This document shows positions 55,156 to 64,000 of a stretch of DNA of 64,000 bases, in pieces (position 1 is the first letter of the stretch; each line of letters starts with the position of its first letter). Position numbers and translations under genes: made by a program. Below the pieces are notes generated by a model. That model saw nothing but the letters and a program-made list of their open reading frames with translations, searched no databases and was not told the origin of the DNA. Where the stretch lies: assembly GCA_963803435.1 (NCBI GenBank), contig CAWDML010000009.1, positions 1,632,001 through 1,696,000 of the forward strand, given 5' to 3'. The DNA comes from an uncultured delta proteobacterium (GTDB lineage: Bacteria; Myxococcota; Kuafuiibacteriia; Kuafuiibacteriales; Kuafuiibacteriaceae).

Positions 55156-57061
55156 ATGCTGCCCTCCGGCACGCAGGTCGGCCGCTACGTCGTCCTCGAC
55201 CAGCTGGGCGAAGGTGCGATGGGAGAGGTCTATCGGGCCTGGGACAACGCGCTCGACCGCGTCGTGGCGCTCAAGCTGCTCCTCCCGATGCGTGCGGAGA
55301 GCAAGGTCGCGCGGAAGCGGTTCGCCCGGGAGGCGCGGCTGTCGGCGCGCATCAACCACCCGTGCGTCGCGCACGTCTACGACGTGGGGGACTTCGACGA
55401 GATCCCGTGGATCGCGATGGAGTTCGTGCCGGGGAAGCAGCTGCGGAGCGAGATGGGCGATCCGATGGAGATGAGCCGCATCCTGTTCCTCGCGCGGCAG
55501 ATCTTCGACGGCCTCGGCGAAGCCCACCGGCAGGGCGTGGTGCACCGCGACCTCAAGCCCGAGAACATCCTCATCTCGGGTCGGGACCAGGTGAAGATCC
55601 TGGACTTCGGGCTGGCCAAGCCGATCTACGACGACATCAGCGAGGCGACCGACCTGACCACCACCGGCCTCACCGGAACGCCGCGCTACATGGCGCCCGA
55701 GCAGATCCAGGGGCACGACATCGACACGCGCACGGACATCTACTCGCTGGGCGCGATCATCTACGAGATGGTGACCGGGAGCCCGGCGCACCAGGGCAAG
55801 ACGCTCGGCGAGATGTTGATGGCCGTCGTGCACAAGCCAGCGCCGGGGCTGCCGGAGGATCTCTGTCCACCGCCCGTCGCGCGCGCCGTGAAGCGCTCGC
55901 TCGAGAAGCGGCCCGAGGATCGCTTCCAGGACATGGCGGAGATGGCACGGGCGTTCGAGGTGAAGGAGCGCGGGAGGAGCACGTCGTTCAGCAAGCGGGC
56001 GGCGCACGTGCCCCACCCCAAGGCGATCCAGTACGCGCAGCGCGGACGCGACGCGCTGACCGGGATGAGCTCGTCGTCGTCGATGGCGATCGAGCTGCTC
56101 GAAGAGGCCATCCAGCTCGATCCCGAGTACGCCCTCGCCTACGCGCTCTACGGCGAGGCCTGCGCGGCCCTGTTCAACACCGGCCACCGCAGCGCGCAGT
56201 GGTTCGACAAGGCTCAGGAGTCCCTCGAGCTTGCGGAACGACTCGATCCGACGCTGCCCGATCTGCGGGTGACGCGGGCGCGGATCGTCTGGACCAAGAC
56301 GTTCAACTTCCCCGCGGAGACGGCGCTGCGCGAGCTCAAGCTGGCGCTCCAGTCGGATCCCGATCACCTGGGCGCGCTGCGGCTGTGGGCGACGATCACC
56401 GGGCACGTCGGCCTCTTCGATCACATGGGAGCCGCGATCGCCCGCCGGCAGGCCGCCGACCCGCGCGACGAGACGATGATCGGGCTGGGAGCGTCGCTCG
56501 AGATGATCGAGGGCCGCCCGCACCGGGCGCTGCGCATGCTCGAGCCGGTGTTACGGCTCGATCCCAACCACGAGGAGCCGCCCTTCTGGTGGCTCCAGGG
56601 CCAGGCGCTCCTGGCGATGAACCGCCTCGACGAGGCCCGCACCTCGATCGAGCGAACGCTCGACCGTCACCCCGACGACGGCCTGGTGCTGTCGCTGGCC
56701 GCGCTCGAGGCCGCGCTCCACCGGGACGCGACGCGGTTCCGCGCGCTGGCCAAGTCGGTGGAGGGCGCCATCAAGAGCGAGCTCCATCCCCACCACGCCT
56801 GGCACTTGATCGCCTGCGGCGAGAGCCTCCTCCACGACCCCTCGCAGGCGCTGTACTGGTTGCGGCGAACCTGCGACGAGGGCATGCCGTGCTACCCGTG
56901 GTTCGTGCGGGATCCCTGGCTGGAGAACCTGCGCCAGGACCCGCGCGGCGCGTCCTACCTGCAGGACCTCGAGCGCCATCACGCGTTCTTCCGGCGTGAG
57001 TTCCCGCTCGACGAGCCGTCGGATTCTCAGCTTCGTCGCCACGGAGGTTCAAGACGTGTAA
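55156..57061 (+). CDS. Ser/Thr protein kinase with TPR domain (cytoplasmic)
   Basis: [29 protein letters not shown] helices. Removing one T at GATTC 57022-57026 gives ..EVQDV* at TAA 57059-57061 and removes the overlap with the next gene (track ORF ends 57114). Confidence 0.88.
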
Positions 57062-57071
57062 GGCTCCGCGG

Positions 57072-58130
57072 ATGGCGGAGAAGGTGGAAGGCACCCGCGT
57101 CCTCGGACAGATGAAGGACGCCTGGGCGACCGGTTCGGGCGGCGCGCGCCTCGCGGCGGTCCTGGCGGCGGCGCCCCGGCTCAAGACGGCGATCGAGGAC
57201 AGCGGCACGCCGGGCGCGGTGCGGACCCTCGACGTGTCGACGTTCCCCTATCCCACCGAGTTCGCGTTCTTCGGCGCCTGCGCGGTCCCGATCCCGTACG
57301 TGTGGTTGTTCAACCGCGCGGTCTTCGTCGAGTACACGGACTTCGCGGGGACCCGCCGCCGGCTCCTCGCCAACCCCACCAGTCCCGAGGGTAGCAAGCG
57401 CGCGCCGTTCTTCCGCAGCATGCTGGAGAAGCCGCCGGCCCCGCTGCGTCCGGCGTTCGAGAAGATCCTGAGCGCCCAGGCCGCCCCGATCCCCGAGCAG
57501 CTGCGCGCCCTCGGGATCGATCCCGGGACGATCGACTACCTCACGTTCGATCACCTGCACGTGCAGGATCTGACGCCGATGCTGGCACCGGGCGGCTTCT
57601 ATCCCCGGGCCAAGCTCCTGGTCACGCGCACCGAGCTGGACGGCCTCGCGCACCTGCACCCGCTCCAGCGCTTCTGGTACGTCGAGGACAGCCTGCGCGA
57701 CGTGGATCGCGCCCGGATGATCGCGTTCGACGGCGACCTGCTCCTCGGCGAGGGTCTCGCGCTGATCGGCACGCCCGGACACACCGAAGGCAACCATACG
57801 ATCGTGCTCAACCTGGCGGGCGGGCTGGTCACGATCAGCGAGAACGGCGTCTCCGCCGAGTGCTACGCCCCCAGCAAGAGCCACGTCCCGGGCGTCGCGG
57901 CCTGGGCCAAGCGCACCGGCCACGAGGTCGTCCTCAACTCGAACTCGCGCGAGCGCAGCCTCGACCAGTACACCTCGATGATGCTCGAGCGCTTCCTCTC
58001 CGAGAGCCCGAACCACGAGTTCCACCGTCACTTCTCCTCATCCGAGCTGACGAAGAATGCGCTCGCGCCCGGCGTGAAGCCCACGTTCGCCTGGCAGAAG
58101 ATCGAGCACGGGACCGTCTCCCAGGGATGA
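57072..58130 (+). CDS. Metallo-beta-lactamase-fold protein with non-canonical motif 2
   Basis: GIDPGTIDYLTFDHLHVQD, TPGHTEGN. Confidence 0.75.
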   Translation: MAEKVEGTRVLGQMKDAWATGSGGARLAAVLAAAPRLKTAIEDSGTPGAVRTLDVSTFPYPTEFAFFGACAVPIPYVWLFNRAVFVEYTDFAGTRRRLLANPTSPEGSKRAPFFRSMLEKPPAPLRPAFEKILSAQAAPIPEQLRALGIDPGTIDYLTFDHLHVQDLTPMLAPGGFYPRAKLLVTRTELDGLAHLHPLQRFWYVEDSLRDVDRARMIAFDGDLLLGEGLALIGTPGHTEGNHTIVLNLAGGLVTISENGVSAECYAPSKSHVPGVAAWAKRTGHEVVLNSNSRERSLDQYTSMMLERFLSESPNHEFHRHFSSSELTKNALAPGVKPTFAWQKIEHGTVSQG

Positions 58131-58254
58131 GCCCGCGCCCTGTCTCCTCCGGCGGTCACGGTCAGCGTTACGGTCGCGAGATCCGGAGCACCTGGCCACG
58201 GGGGCCGGAGAGGCTTGGGGTCCGTGTTTCGAGATTCGGAGCGTCGACGCTGCC

Positions 58255-60231
58255 TCATCGTCGCTTGCTGCGCAGCGCCTCCCGCAGCGCCCGCTGAAAC
58301 TCCTCGATGCTGCGAAAGCGATCCCCCGGGTGCAGCGCCATCGCGCGCGCCAGCACCGGCGCCGTCTTGACCGCCGCGGCCTGATCCGAGGTGCGGAGGA
58401 TCTCCTGCGCGATGACGGCCGCGGCGTACTGATCGGCCGCGGCGTCGGCGCGCGGGACGCCGCGGGCCTCGGGGGCGAGGTAGCGCGGGGGTGGGAGATT
58501 GTCGGCGGGGAGGTAGCCCATGCGGAAGCCGTGGATGGCGACGCCGCCCTTGCGGTCGACCCAGACCTCGGCGGGGCGGAGGGCGCCGTGGACGAGGCCG
58601 ACCTCGGCGGCCTCGCGGACGGCCTCGATCAGGTTGGTCACGAGCTGGCGGCCCTTCTTGGGCGTCACCACCTCGCGCTCGAGGAGCTCGGCGAGCGAGC
58701 GGCCGTCGCGCCACGCGAGCACGTAGAAGGCGCGCTGGCCGTCGATGCCGAGGTCCTCGATGCGGGGGAGGGAGGCGACGGCGCCGGTGAGGCGGGCGCG
58801 GGCCTCTCCGAGGGCGAGGCGCAGCTGCTCCGGATCGGCGACCTGCTTGCAGACCCGGAGGAGGAGCGAGCGGTCGGCACCCTTGTCCCTGACGCGATAC
58901 AGCGAGCCGTCGTTCGACTCCACGAGCGCCTTCTCCACCTCGTAGCCGCCGACGAAGATCCCCACCGTGGGGAGCGGGGTCCGGCCCTCGCGGACGGCGC
59001 GCTGCATGAGGACGCCGATCCCGCCGAAGACCGCGGCCAGGAGCAGGAGGCCGAACACCCACCGTCCCACGCGGCCGCGCACCACCCACGAGGTGTCAGC
59101 GTCCTCGGCGCCGGCCATCGCGCGGACGTCGAGGCCGGTCAGCGTCGGCGCGACGTCGATCTCGCGCACCAGGGTGTCGTCGAGGTCCTCGCCGCCGGCG
59201 GCCCGTGCGCGCAGGAGATCCTGCGGATCGATCTGACCGGTGTGCTCGAGGCCCTCGGCGATGCGCGCCGAGATCGCGTGGACGTCGCGGAACGTCTCGG
59301 TGAGCCAGACGCCGGCGTGCTTGCTGGTCCCCGACTTCCGCGCCAGCCAGCGCTCGAGCCGGTCGGCGGCCTCCTCGGCGGTCGGCATCCGGCGATCGCA
59401 GTCGCGGTCCAGCAGCCGGGCGGTGAGCCGGGCCAGCACCTCGTCGACCTCGGGCCGGAGCGTGCGAACGTCCGGGATCTCCTGCGTCAGCACCCGGTGG
59501 AGGGAGGTGGCCGGGTTGGCCGCGTGGAAGAGGCGGCGCGTGCTCAGGAGCTCGAAGAGCACCACGCCCAGCGAGAACAGATCGGAGCGAGCGTCGACGC
59601 GGTCCCCCCGGATGCTCTCGGGCGCCATGTAGCCGAGCTTGCCCTTGAACTCACCGTGCTGCGTCTTGACCAGGCGGTTCTTCACCTTGGCCACCCCGAA
59701 GTCGAGGATCTTCGTGGGACCGGCGAAGGTGACGAAGAGGTTCTCGGGGCTGATGTCCCGGTGGACCAGGCCGAGCGGCTCGCCGCGCTTGTCGGTGGCG
59801 GCGTGCGCGTACGCGAGCCCGGTGGCCGCGTCGCAGATGATGCGCGCCGCCACCTCGATGGGGACGTTGGCCTTCAGCTTGGCCGACTGCTTGAGACAGG
59901 CCGCGACCGACTGCCCGATCAGGTGCTCCATCGCGAGGTAGAGCGCGCCGGTCTCGGCGCGATCGAGATCGAAGACCTGCACGACGTTCGGATGAGAGAG
60001 CGCCGACACGATCCGCGCCTCGTCGATGAACATCCGCGCGAAGCGTTCGTCGTAGGCCAGATGCTGGAGCATGACCTTGAGGACCACGCTCCGCTCGAAG
60101 CCGGCGATGCCGCGCTTCTTCGCCAGGTAGACCTCGCCCATCCCACCGGTGGCGAGATGCCCGATGATTTCGTACGGTCCCACCATGGCGCCCGCAGCCA
60201 GCGGCGCCAGCGTGGTGGGCGTGCGCGCCAT
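58255..60231 (-). CDS. Ser/Thr kinase - TM - degenerate second kinase domain
   Basis: N-terminal: LATGGMGEV, VVLK, HRDISPEN, DFG, YMAPE; TM WVFGLLLLAAVFGGIGVLM; C-terminal: VHGALRPAEV, HGF, RYLAPE, ADQY. Confidence 0.85.
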   Translation of the reverse strand: MARTPTTLAPLAAGAMVGPYEIIGHLATGGMGEVYLAKKRGIAGFERSVVLKVMLQHLAYDERFARMFIDEARIVSALSHPNVVQVFDLDRAETGALYLAMEHLIGQSVAACLKQSAKLKANVPIEVAARIICDAATGLAYAHAATDKRGEPLGLVHRDISPENLFVTFAGPTKILDFGVAKVKNRLVKTQHGEFKGKLGYMAPESIRGDRVDARSDLFSLGVVLFELLSTRRLFHAANPATSLHRVLTQEIPDVRTLRPEVDEVLARLTARLLDRDCDRRMPTAEEAADRLERWLARKSGTSKHAGVWLTETFRDVHAISARIAEGLEHTGQIDPQDLLRARAAGGEDLDDTLVREIDVAPTLTGLDVRAMAGAEDADTSWVVRGRVGRWVFGLLLLAAVFGGIGVLMQRAVREGRTPLPTVGIFVGGYEVEKALVESNDGSLYRVRDKGADRSLLLRVCKQVADPEQLRLALGEARARLTGAVASLPRIEDLGIDGQRAFYVLAWRDGRSLAELLEREVVTPKKGRQLVTNLIEAVREAAEVGLVHGALRPAEVWVDRKGGVAIHGFRMGYLPADNLPPPRYLAPEARGVPRADAAADQYAAAVIAQEILRTSDQAAAVKTAPVLARAMALHPGDRFRSIEEFQRALREALRSKRR

Positions 60232-60394
60232 ACTTACCCATCGTACCTCACGAGAATTGGCCGTGTTTTTCTCACGCCGCCCCGCCGTGGTGGAATCGAC
60301 CACCCTTGGGGGCCCGAACGGATTGTGCCTAGGAATATCGAGTGTTTGGATCTCGTTCCGTTAGCCGTTGCGGTTCTTGCAGTAGAGCCGGGCG

Positions 60395-62908
60395 ATGCTC
60401 TGGCGATCGATGGATGAAGACACCCTCACGCCTGCGATCCGCACGACCCCGACCCGCCGGTGGGCGATGCGCGCCGCCGTCGCGGTCATGGCCGGCGCGA
60501 TCCTCACGGGGATCATCGGCACGATCAGCGTCGTGGTCCTCTCCCGGGATCTTCCGACGATCCGATCGCTCGACGACTACCAGCCGAAGCAGTCGACCGT
60601 GGTCTACGGCATGCGCGGCGAGATCGTCGCGCGCTTCGCGCAGGAGCGACGCACGGTCGTCCCGTACGATCACATCCCGAAGGTGATGATCGACTCGGTC
60701 ATCGCGGCCGAGGACGATCAATTCTTCAACCACACCGGGCTGGACTACGTCGGCATCGCACGCTGCATGGTGAAGAACGTGTTCTCGGGGCGGAAGCGCT
60801 GCGGCGCCTCCACGATCACCCAGCAGACCGTCAAGACCTTCTTCCTGAGCCCGGAGAAGACGTTCAAGCGCAAGTTCAAGGAGATGATCCTGGCCAAGCG
60901 CGTGGAAGAGGCGCTCAACAAGCAGGAGATCCTGTACCTGTACCTGAACCAGATCTACTTCGGTCACGGCGCCTACGGCGTGCAGGAGGCAGCGCAGGTC
61001 TACTTCGGCAAGGACGTCCGGGATTTGTCGGTCGCGCAGGCCGCCCTGCTCGCCGGGCTCCCTCAGTCCCCCGCGCGCCTCGACCCCTACCGCCACGCCG
61101 AGCGCACCCTCGAGCGCCGCGCCTACGTGCTCGGCCGCCTCAAGACGCTGGGGACGATCGACGACGCCACCTACCAGGAGGCCGTGAACGCGCCGATCGA
61201 GCTCGACTACAACCAGAGCGAGAGCGACATCGACAGCAACAACCACTACGCGGCGCAGGTTCGAAAGCTCCTCGACGAGATGCCGAACATCGGTCCCGAG
61301 CGGACCCTGGGCGGCGGCCTCAAGGTCTATACCGGCGTCGATCCGGACATCCAGCGCGTCGCCGAGCAGGCCCTCAACACCGGCCTGCGCAGCCTCGACA
61401 AGCGTCAGGGATGGCGCGGCCCTCTGGTGCACATCGAGCGCAACGACATCAAGCGGCTCTCCGAGCTGCTCGACGCGCGGATGGAGAAGATCGCGCAGCG
61501 GAAGGCCGCCAGCGGCGAGCCGACGATTTGGGATTTCTCTCGAATCGAGACCCGCGAGAAGACCGTCGAGCTCGAGCGCATCAGCGAGGCCGCCCGCTTC
61601 CCCCGCATGAAGCTGGAGAAGATCTACGGCGGCGTGGTGACCGCGGTGGACGACCCGGGCAAGGAGGCGGTGGTCTCACTCGGATCCGTCCAGGTCCACC
61701 TCCCGCTCCGCACCGGCCTGGCCTGGGCGCGGCGCTTCGACATCGCGCGCTACACCAGCGCGCCGCGCGCCCCCAGCGACGTCCTCGAGGTGGGCGACGT
61801 CGTGCTGGTGCGCCCGACCGGAGAGCGGCGCGGCCAGAAGGATGAATACATCGGCATGCTCGAGCAGGAGCCGCTCGCCCAGTCGGCGGTGGTGGTCATG
61901 GATCCGAGCACGCGCGAGGTCCGAGCGCTGGTGGGCGGCTACGGGATCGGCGCCGGCACGTTCAACCGGGCGCTCCAGGCCCGGCGGCAGGCCGGCTCGA
62001 CCTTCAAGCCGTTCGTGTACGCGACGGCGTTCGCCACCGAGCAGTACACGCCGATCAGCAAGTGTCTGGACGCGCCCCGCGTGTACCGCGATCCCTGGAC
62101 CAAGCGCTCCTGGAAGCCCTCGAACTATGAGGGGACCTTCGACGGCGAGATGACGCTCCGCACCGGGCTGACGCTCTCGAAGAACATGTGCTCGGTCGAG
62201 CTGATCGACAAGGTCGGCGTCGACCCGGTCCTCGATCTCGCGGCTAAGTGCGGCATCCAGAGCCCGCTCCCGCACAACCTCACGCTGGCGCTCGGGTCGG
62301 GCGACGTCACTCCCCTGGAGATGGTCAACGCCTACTCGACGATCGCGACCGGCGGGCGCGTGGCCGATCCGATCTTCATCCGCAAGGTGGTCGGCCCCGA
62401 GGACGAGGTCCTGTTCGAGTCGAAGAACGAGCCGAAGGACGTGATGCGTCCCGAGGTGGCCTACCTCATCACCAGCCTGATGCAGTCGGTGGTGGAGGAC
62501 GGCACGGCGCGCGCGGTGACCGCGCTCCATCGCCCTGTCGCCGGGAAGACCGGCACCACCAACGAGGCCCGCAACGCCTGGTTCATCGGCTTCACCCCCG
62601 ACCTGGTGGCCGGCGTCTGGGTCGGCTTCGACAACAACGATCCGCTGGGGCCGCGGGAGACCGGCGGGCGGGCGGCCATCCCGATCTGGCTCGAGCTGAT
62701 GACGGAGGCGACCAAGGACCAGCCGGTGCGGGACTTCGTCGCTCCCCCCGGTATTGTCTTCGCGCTCGTCGATCCGAAGAGCGGGCGCCTGGCCACGCCC
62801 GACACCGAGGGCGCCAAGAACGAGCCGTTCATCAGCGGCACCGAGCCGACGGAGCTGCTCGAGGACGCGACACCGCCCGGGACCGTGCCCTGGCCGGACT
62901 ACGAGTGA
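60395..62908 (+). CDS. mrcA: Penicillin-binding protein 1A
   Basis: AEDDQFF, GASTITQQ, RKFKE, YLNQIYFG (transglycosylase); STFK, SKN, KTGT (transpeptidase). Confidence 0.93.
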   Translation: MLWRSMDEDTLTPAIRTTPTRRWAMRAAVAVMAGAILTGIIGTISVVVLSRDLPTIRSLDDYQPKQSTVVYGMRGEIVARFAQERRTVVPYDHIPKVMIDSVIAAEDDQFFNHTGLDYVGIARCMVKNVFSGRKRCGASTITQQTVKTFFLSPEKTFKRKFKEMILAKRVEEALNKQEILYLYLNQIYFGHGAYGVQEAAQVYFGKDVRDLSVAQAALLAGLPQSPARLDPYRHAERTLERRAYVLGRLKTLGTIDDATYQEAVNAPIELDYNQSESDIDSNNHYAAQVRKLLDEMPNIGPERTLGGGLKVYTGVDPDIQRVAEQALNTGLRSLDKRQGWRGPLVHIERNDIKRLSELLDARMEKIAQRKAASGEPTIWDFSRIETREKTVELERISEAARFPRMKLEKIYGGVVTAVDDPGKEAVVSLGSVQVHLPLRTGLAWARRFDIARYTSAPRAPSDVLEVGDVVLVRPTGERRGQKDEYIGMLEQEPLAQSAVVVMDPSTREVRALVGGYGIGAGTFNRALQARRQAGSTFKPFVYATAFATEQYTPISKCLDAPRVYRDPWTKRSWKPSNYEGTFDGEMTLRTGLTLSKNMCSVELIDKVGVDPVLDLAAKCGIQSPLPHNLTLALGSGDVTPLEMVNAYSTIATGGRVADPIFIRKVVGPEDEVLFESKNEPKDVMRPEVAYLITSLMQSVVEDGTARAVTALHRPVAGKTGTTNEARNAWFIGFTPDLVAGVWVGFDNNDPLGPRETGGRAAIPIWLELMTEATKDQPVRDFVAPPGIVFALVDPKSGRLATPDTEGAKNEPFISGTEPTELLEDATPPGTVPWPDYE

Positions 62909-62918
62909 CGGTGGGTGG

Positions 62919-63764
62919 ATGGGCGAACGGCGCCGGAGCTGGAGGCTGATTGCGGTCGGGGCGGTGGTGGCGGCCGGGCTCGTCGCCGCCGGGGTCCGGC
63001 TGCTCCAGCGGGCGCACCCGGGCGACCTCGCGTTCAAGAACCTCAAGCGCCACCAGATCGCGCCGGGGATCGAGATCGTGTTCGCCGATCTGTTCCGCAA
63101 CCTCCATCACTCGGGACGCTTCGTGGCGGTGTACGCAGAGCCCCAGCAGATCGAGCTCTCGATCCTGCTCAACGATGCGCGCCTCCCCATGAGCGAGCTG
63201 GCGCAGGACGCCTTGCTGGTGGTGAACGGAAGCTACTTCACGCCCGAGCACCGGCCCACCGGTCTTCTGATCTCCGAGGGACAGATCCTCAGCCCGCTGG
63301 TGCGGAAGGGCGGCGGCGCCGGCACCGGAGTGCTCCTGGTGGCGGACGGCCGCGTGACGCTCCTCGAGCGCGAGCGCGTGAAGCGCCGCGACTACGAGAA
63401 CAGCGTGTTCGCGATCCAGGCGGGCCCCCGGGTGATCGAGCCGGGCGGCGTCGGCGGGATCCGCTCGGACGACGGCCTCCGCGCCAACCGAACCGTCATC
63501 GGCGCCGACAGCCGGGGCCGGATCGTCCTGGCGGTCACGTACGCCGAGGACGGAAGCCGCTCCGGCGCCACCTTGTTCGAGCTCATGCAGCTCCTCGGCG
63601 CCGGCGGGCTCGGCGAGATTGCTGCCGACCTGGCCCTGGACTTCGCCCTCAACCTCGACGGCGGACCCTCCACCGGTCTGTTCCTCCGGGACGTCGACCA
63701 CGCGATCGATCTGCCCGAGGCCTCGCGCGTGTACAGCGTCCTCGCGCTCAGGGCCGCGCGCTGA
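62919..63764 (+). CDS. Phosphodiester glycosidase (NAGPA) family protein
   Basis: N-terminal TM; VNGSYF, QAGP, RTVIG, ALNLDGGPS. Confidence 0.85.
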   Translation: MGERRRSWRLIAVGAVVAAGLVAAGVRLLQRAHPGDLAFKNLKRHQIAPGIEIVFADLFRNLHHSGRFVAVYAEPQQIELSILLNDARLPMSELAQDALLVVNGSYFTPEHRPTGLLISEGQILSPLVRKGGGAGTGVLLVADGRVTLLERERVKRRDYENSVFAIQAGPRVIEPGGVGGIRSDDGLRANRTVIGADSRGRIVLAVTYAEDGSRSGATLFELMQLLGAGGLGEIAADLALDFALNLDGGPSTGLFLRDVDHAIDLPEASRVYSVLALRAAR

Positions 63765-64000
63765 TGCGTGCGATCATCCTGTCGCTCGCGGCGCTCCTCC
63801 CCGCGACGGCACGCGCCAGCGAGCTCGACGACACCGCGACCGCGCTGGTGTCGGGGCTGGCTCTGCCGAGCGTCGAGGCGTTCAGCCTCTCCGACGATCT
63901 CGCCGTCGTGGTCGAGCTCGACGGCGATCTCCCGCGGATCCTGGGCGGCCTCTTGCTGGCGCGCCTGGCCTCGCTCGGCGCCGAGTCCGCGTTCGCGATC
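63764..64000 (+). CDS. Exported hypothetical protein (truncated by window edge)
   Basis: TGATG coupling; signal peptide MRAIILSLAALLPATARA; open to the end of the window. Confidence 0.6.
   Translation, partial: MRAIILSLAALLPATARASELDDTATALVSGLALPSVEAFSLSDDLAVVVELDGDLPRILGGLLLARLASLGAESAFAI

Noticed and set aside
58131-58254. Possible ncRNA between convergent genes (CTCCGGC...GCCGGAG)
   Set aside because: Weak GC-rich pairing expected by chance; no promoter or family motif recognised.

Overview
High-GC (~70%) bacterial chromosomal window, most likely Myxococcota (MYXO-CTERM protein, three Ser/Thr kinases, PEGA and FHA proteins, ECF/anti-sigma pairs). No rRNA, tRNA, CRISPR array or mobile element was recognised. 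Housekeeping content: poly-HAMP and hybrid histidine kinases, aconitase, IcmF, Lhr-RecD2, AceE-Dtd, a trpEGDCF-[antisense hydrolase]-trpBA-aroF cluster and PBP1A. Accessory modules of most interest: (1) an ECF sigma / zinc-less anti-sigma-DUF4384-like / exported caspase-beta-barrel / lipoprotein operon that looks like a proteolytic trans-envelope signalling system; (2) a Fur-boxed flavinylation module (lipoprotein, FMN-binding protein, His-rich membrane protein, ApbE, Fur) with a structured leader or sRNA; (3) a sigma54-type promoter ahead of two orphan ORFs and a dikinase with glucan-water-dikinase-like domain order; (4) a kinase-TM-pseudokinase. Eleven of the 13 isolated frameshifts are single-base insertions at GATC sites, which suggests a methylation-linked long-read basecalling artefact and not real pseudogenes. 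All family assignments come from reading motifs by eye; no database searches were run.
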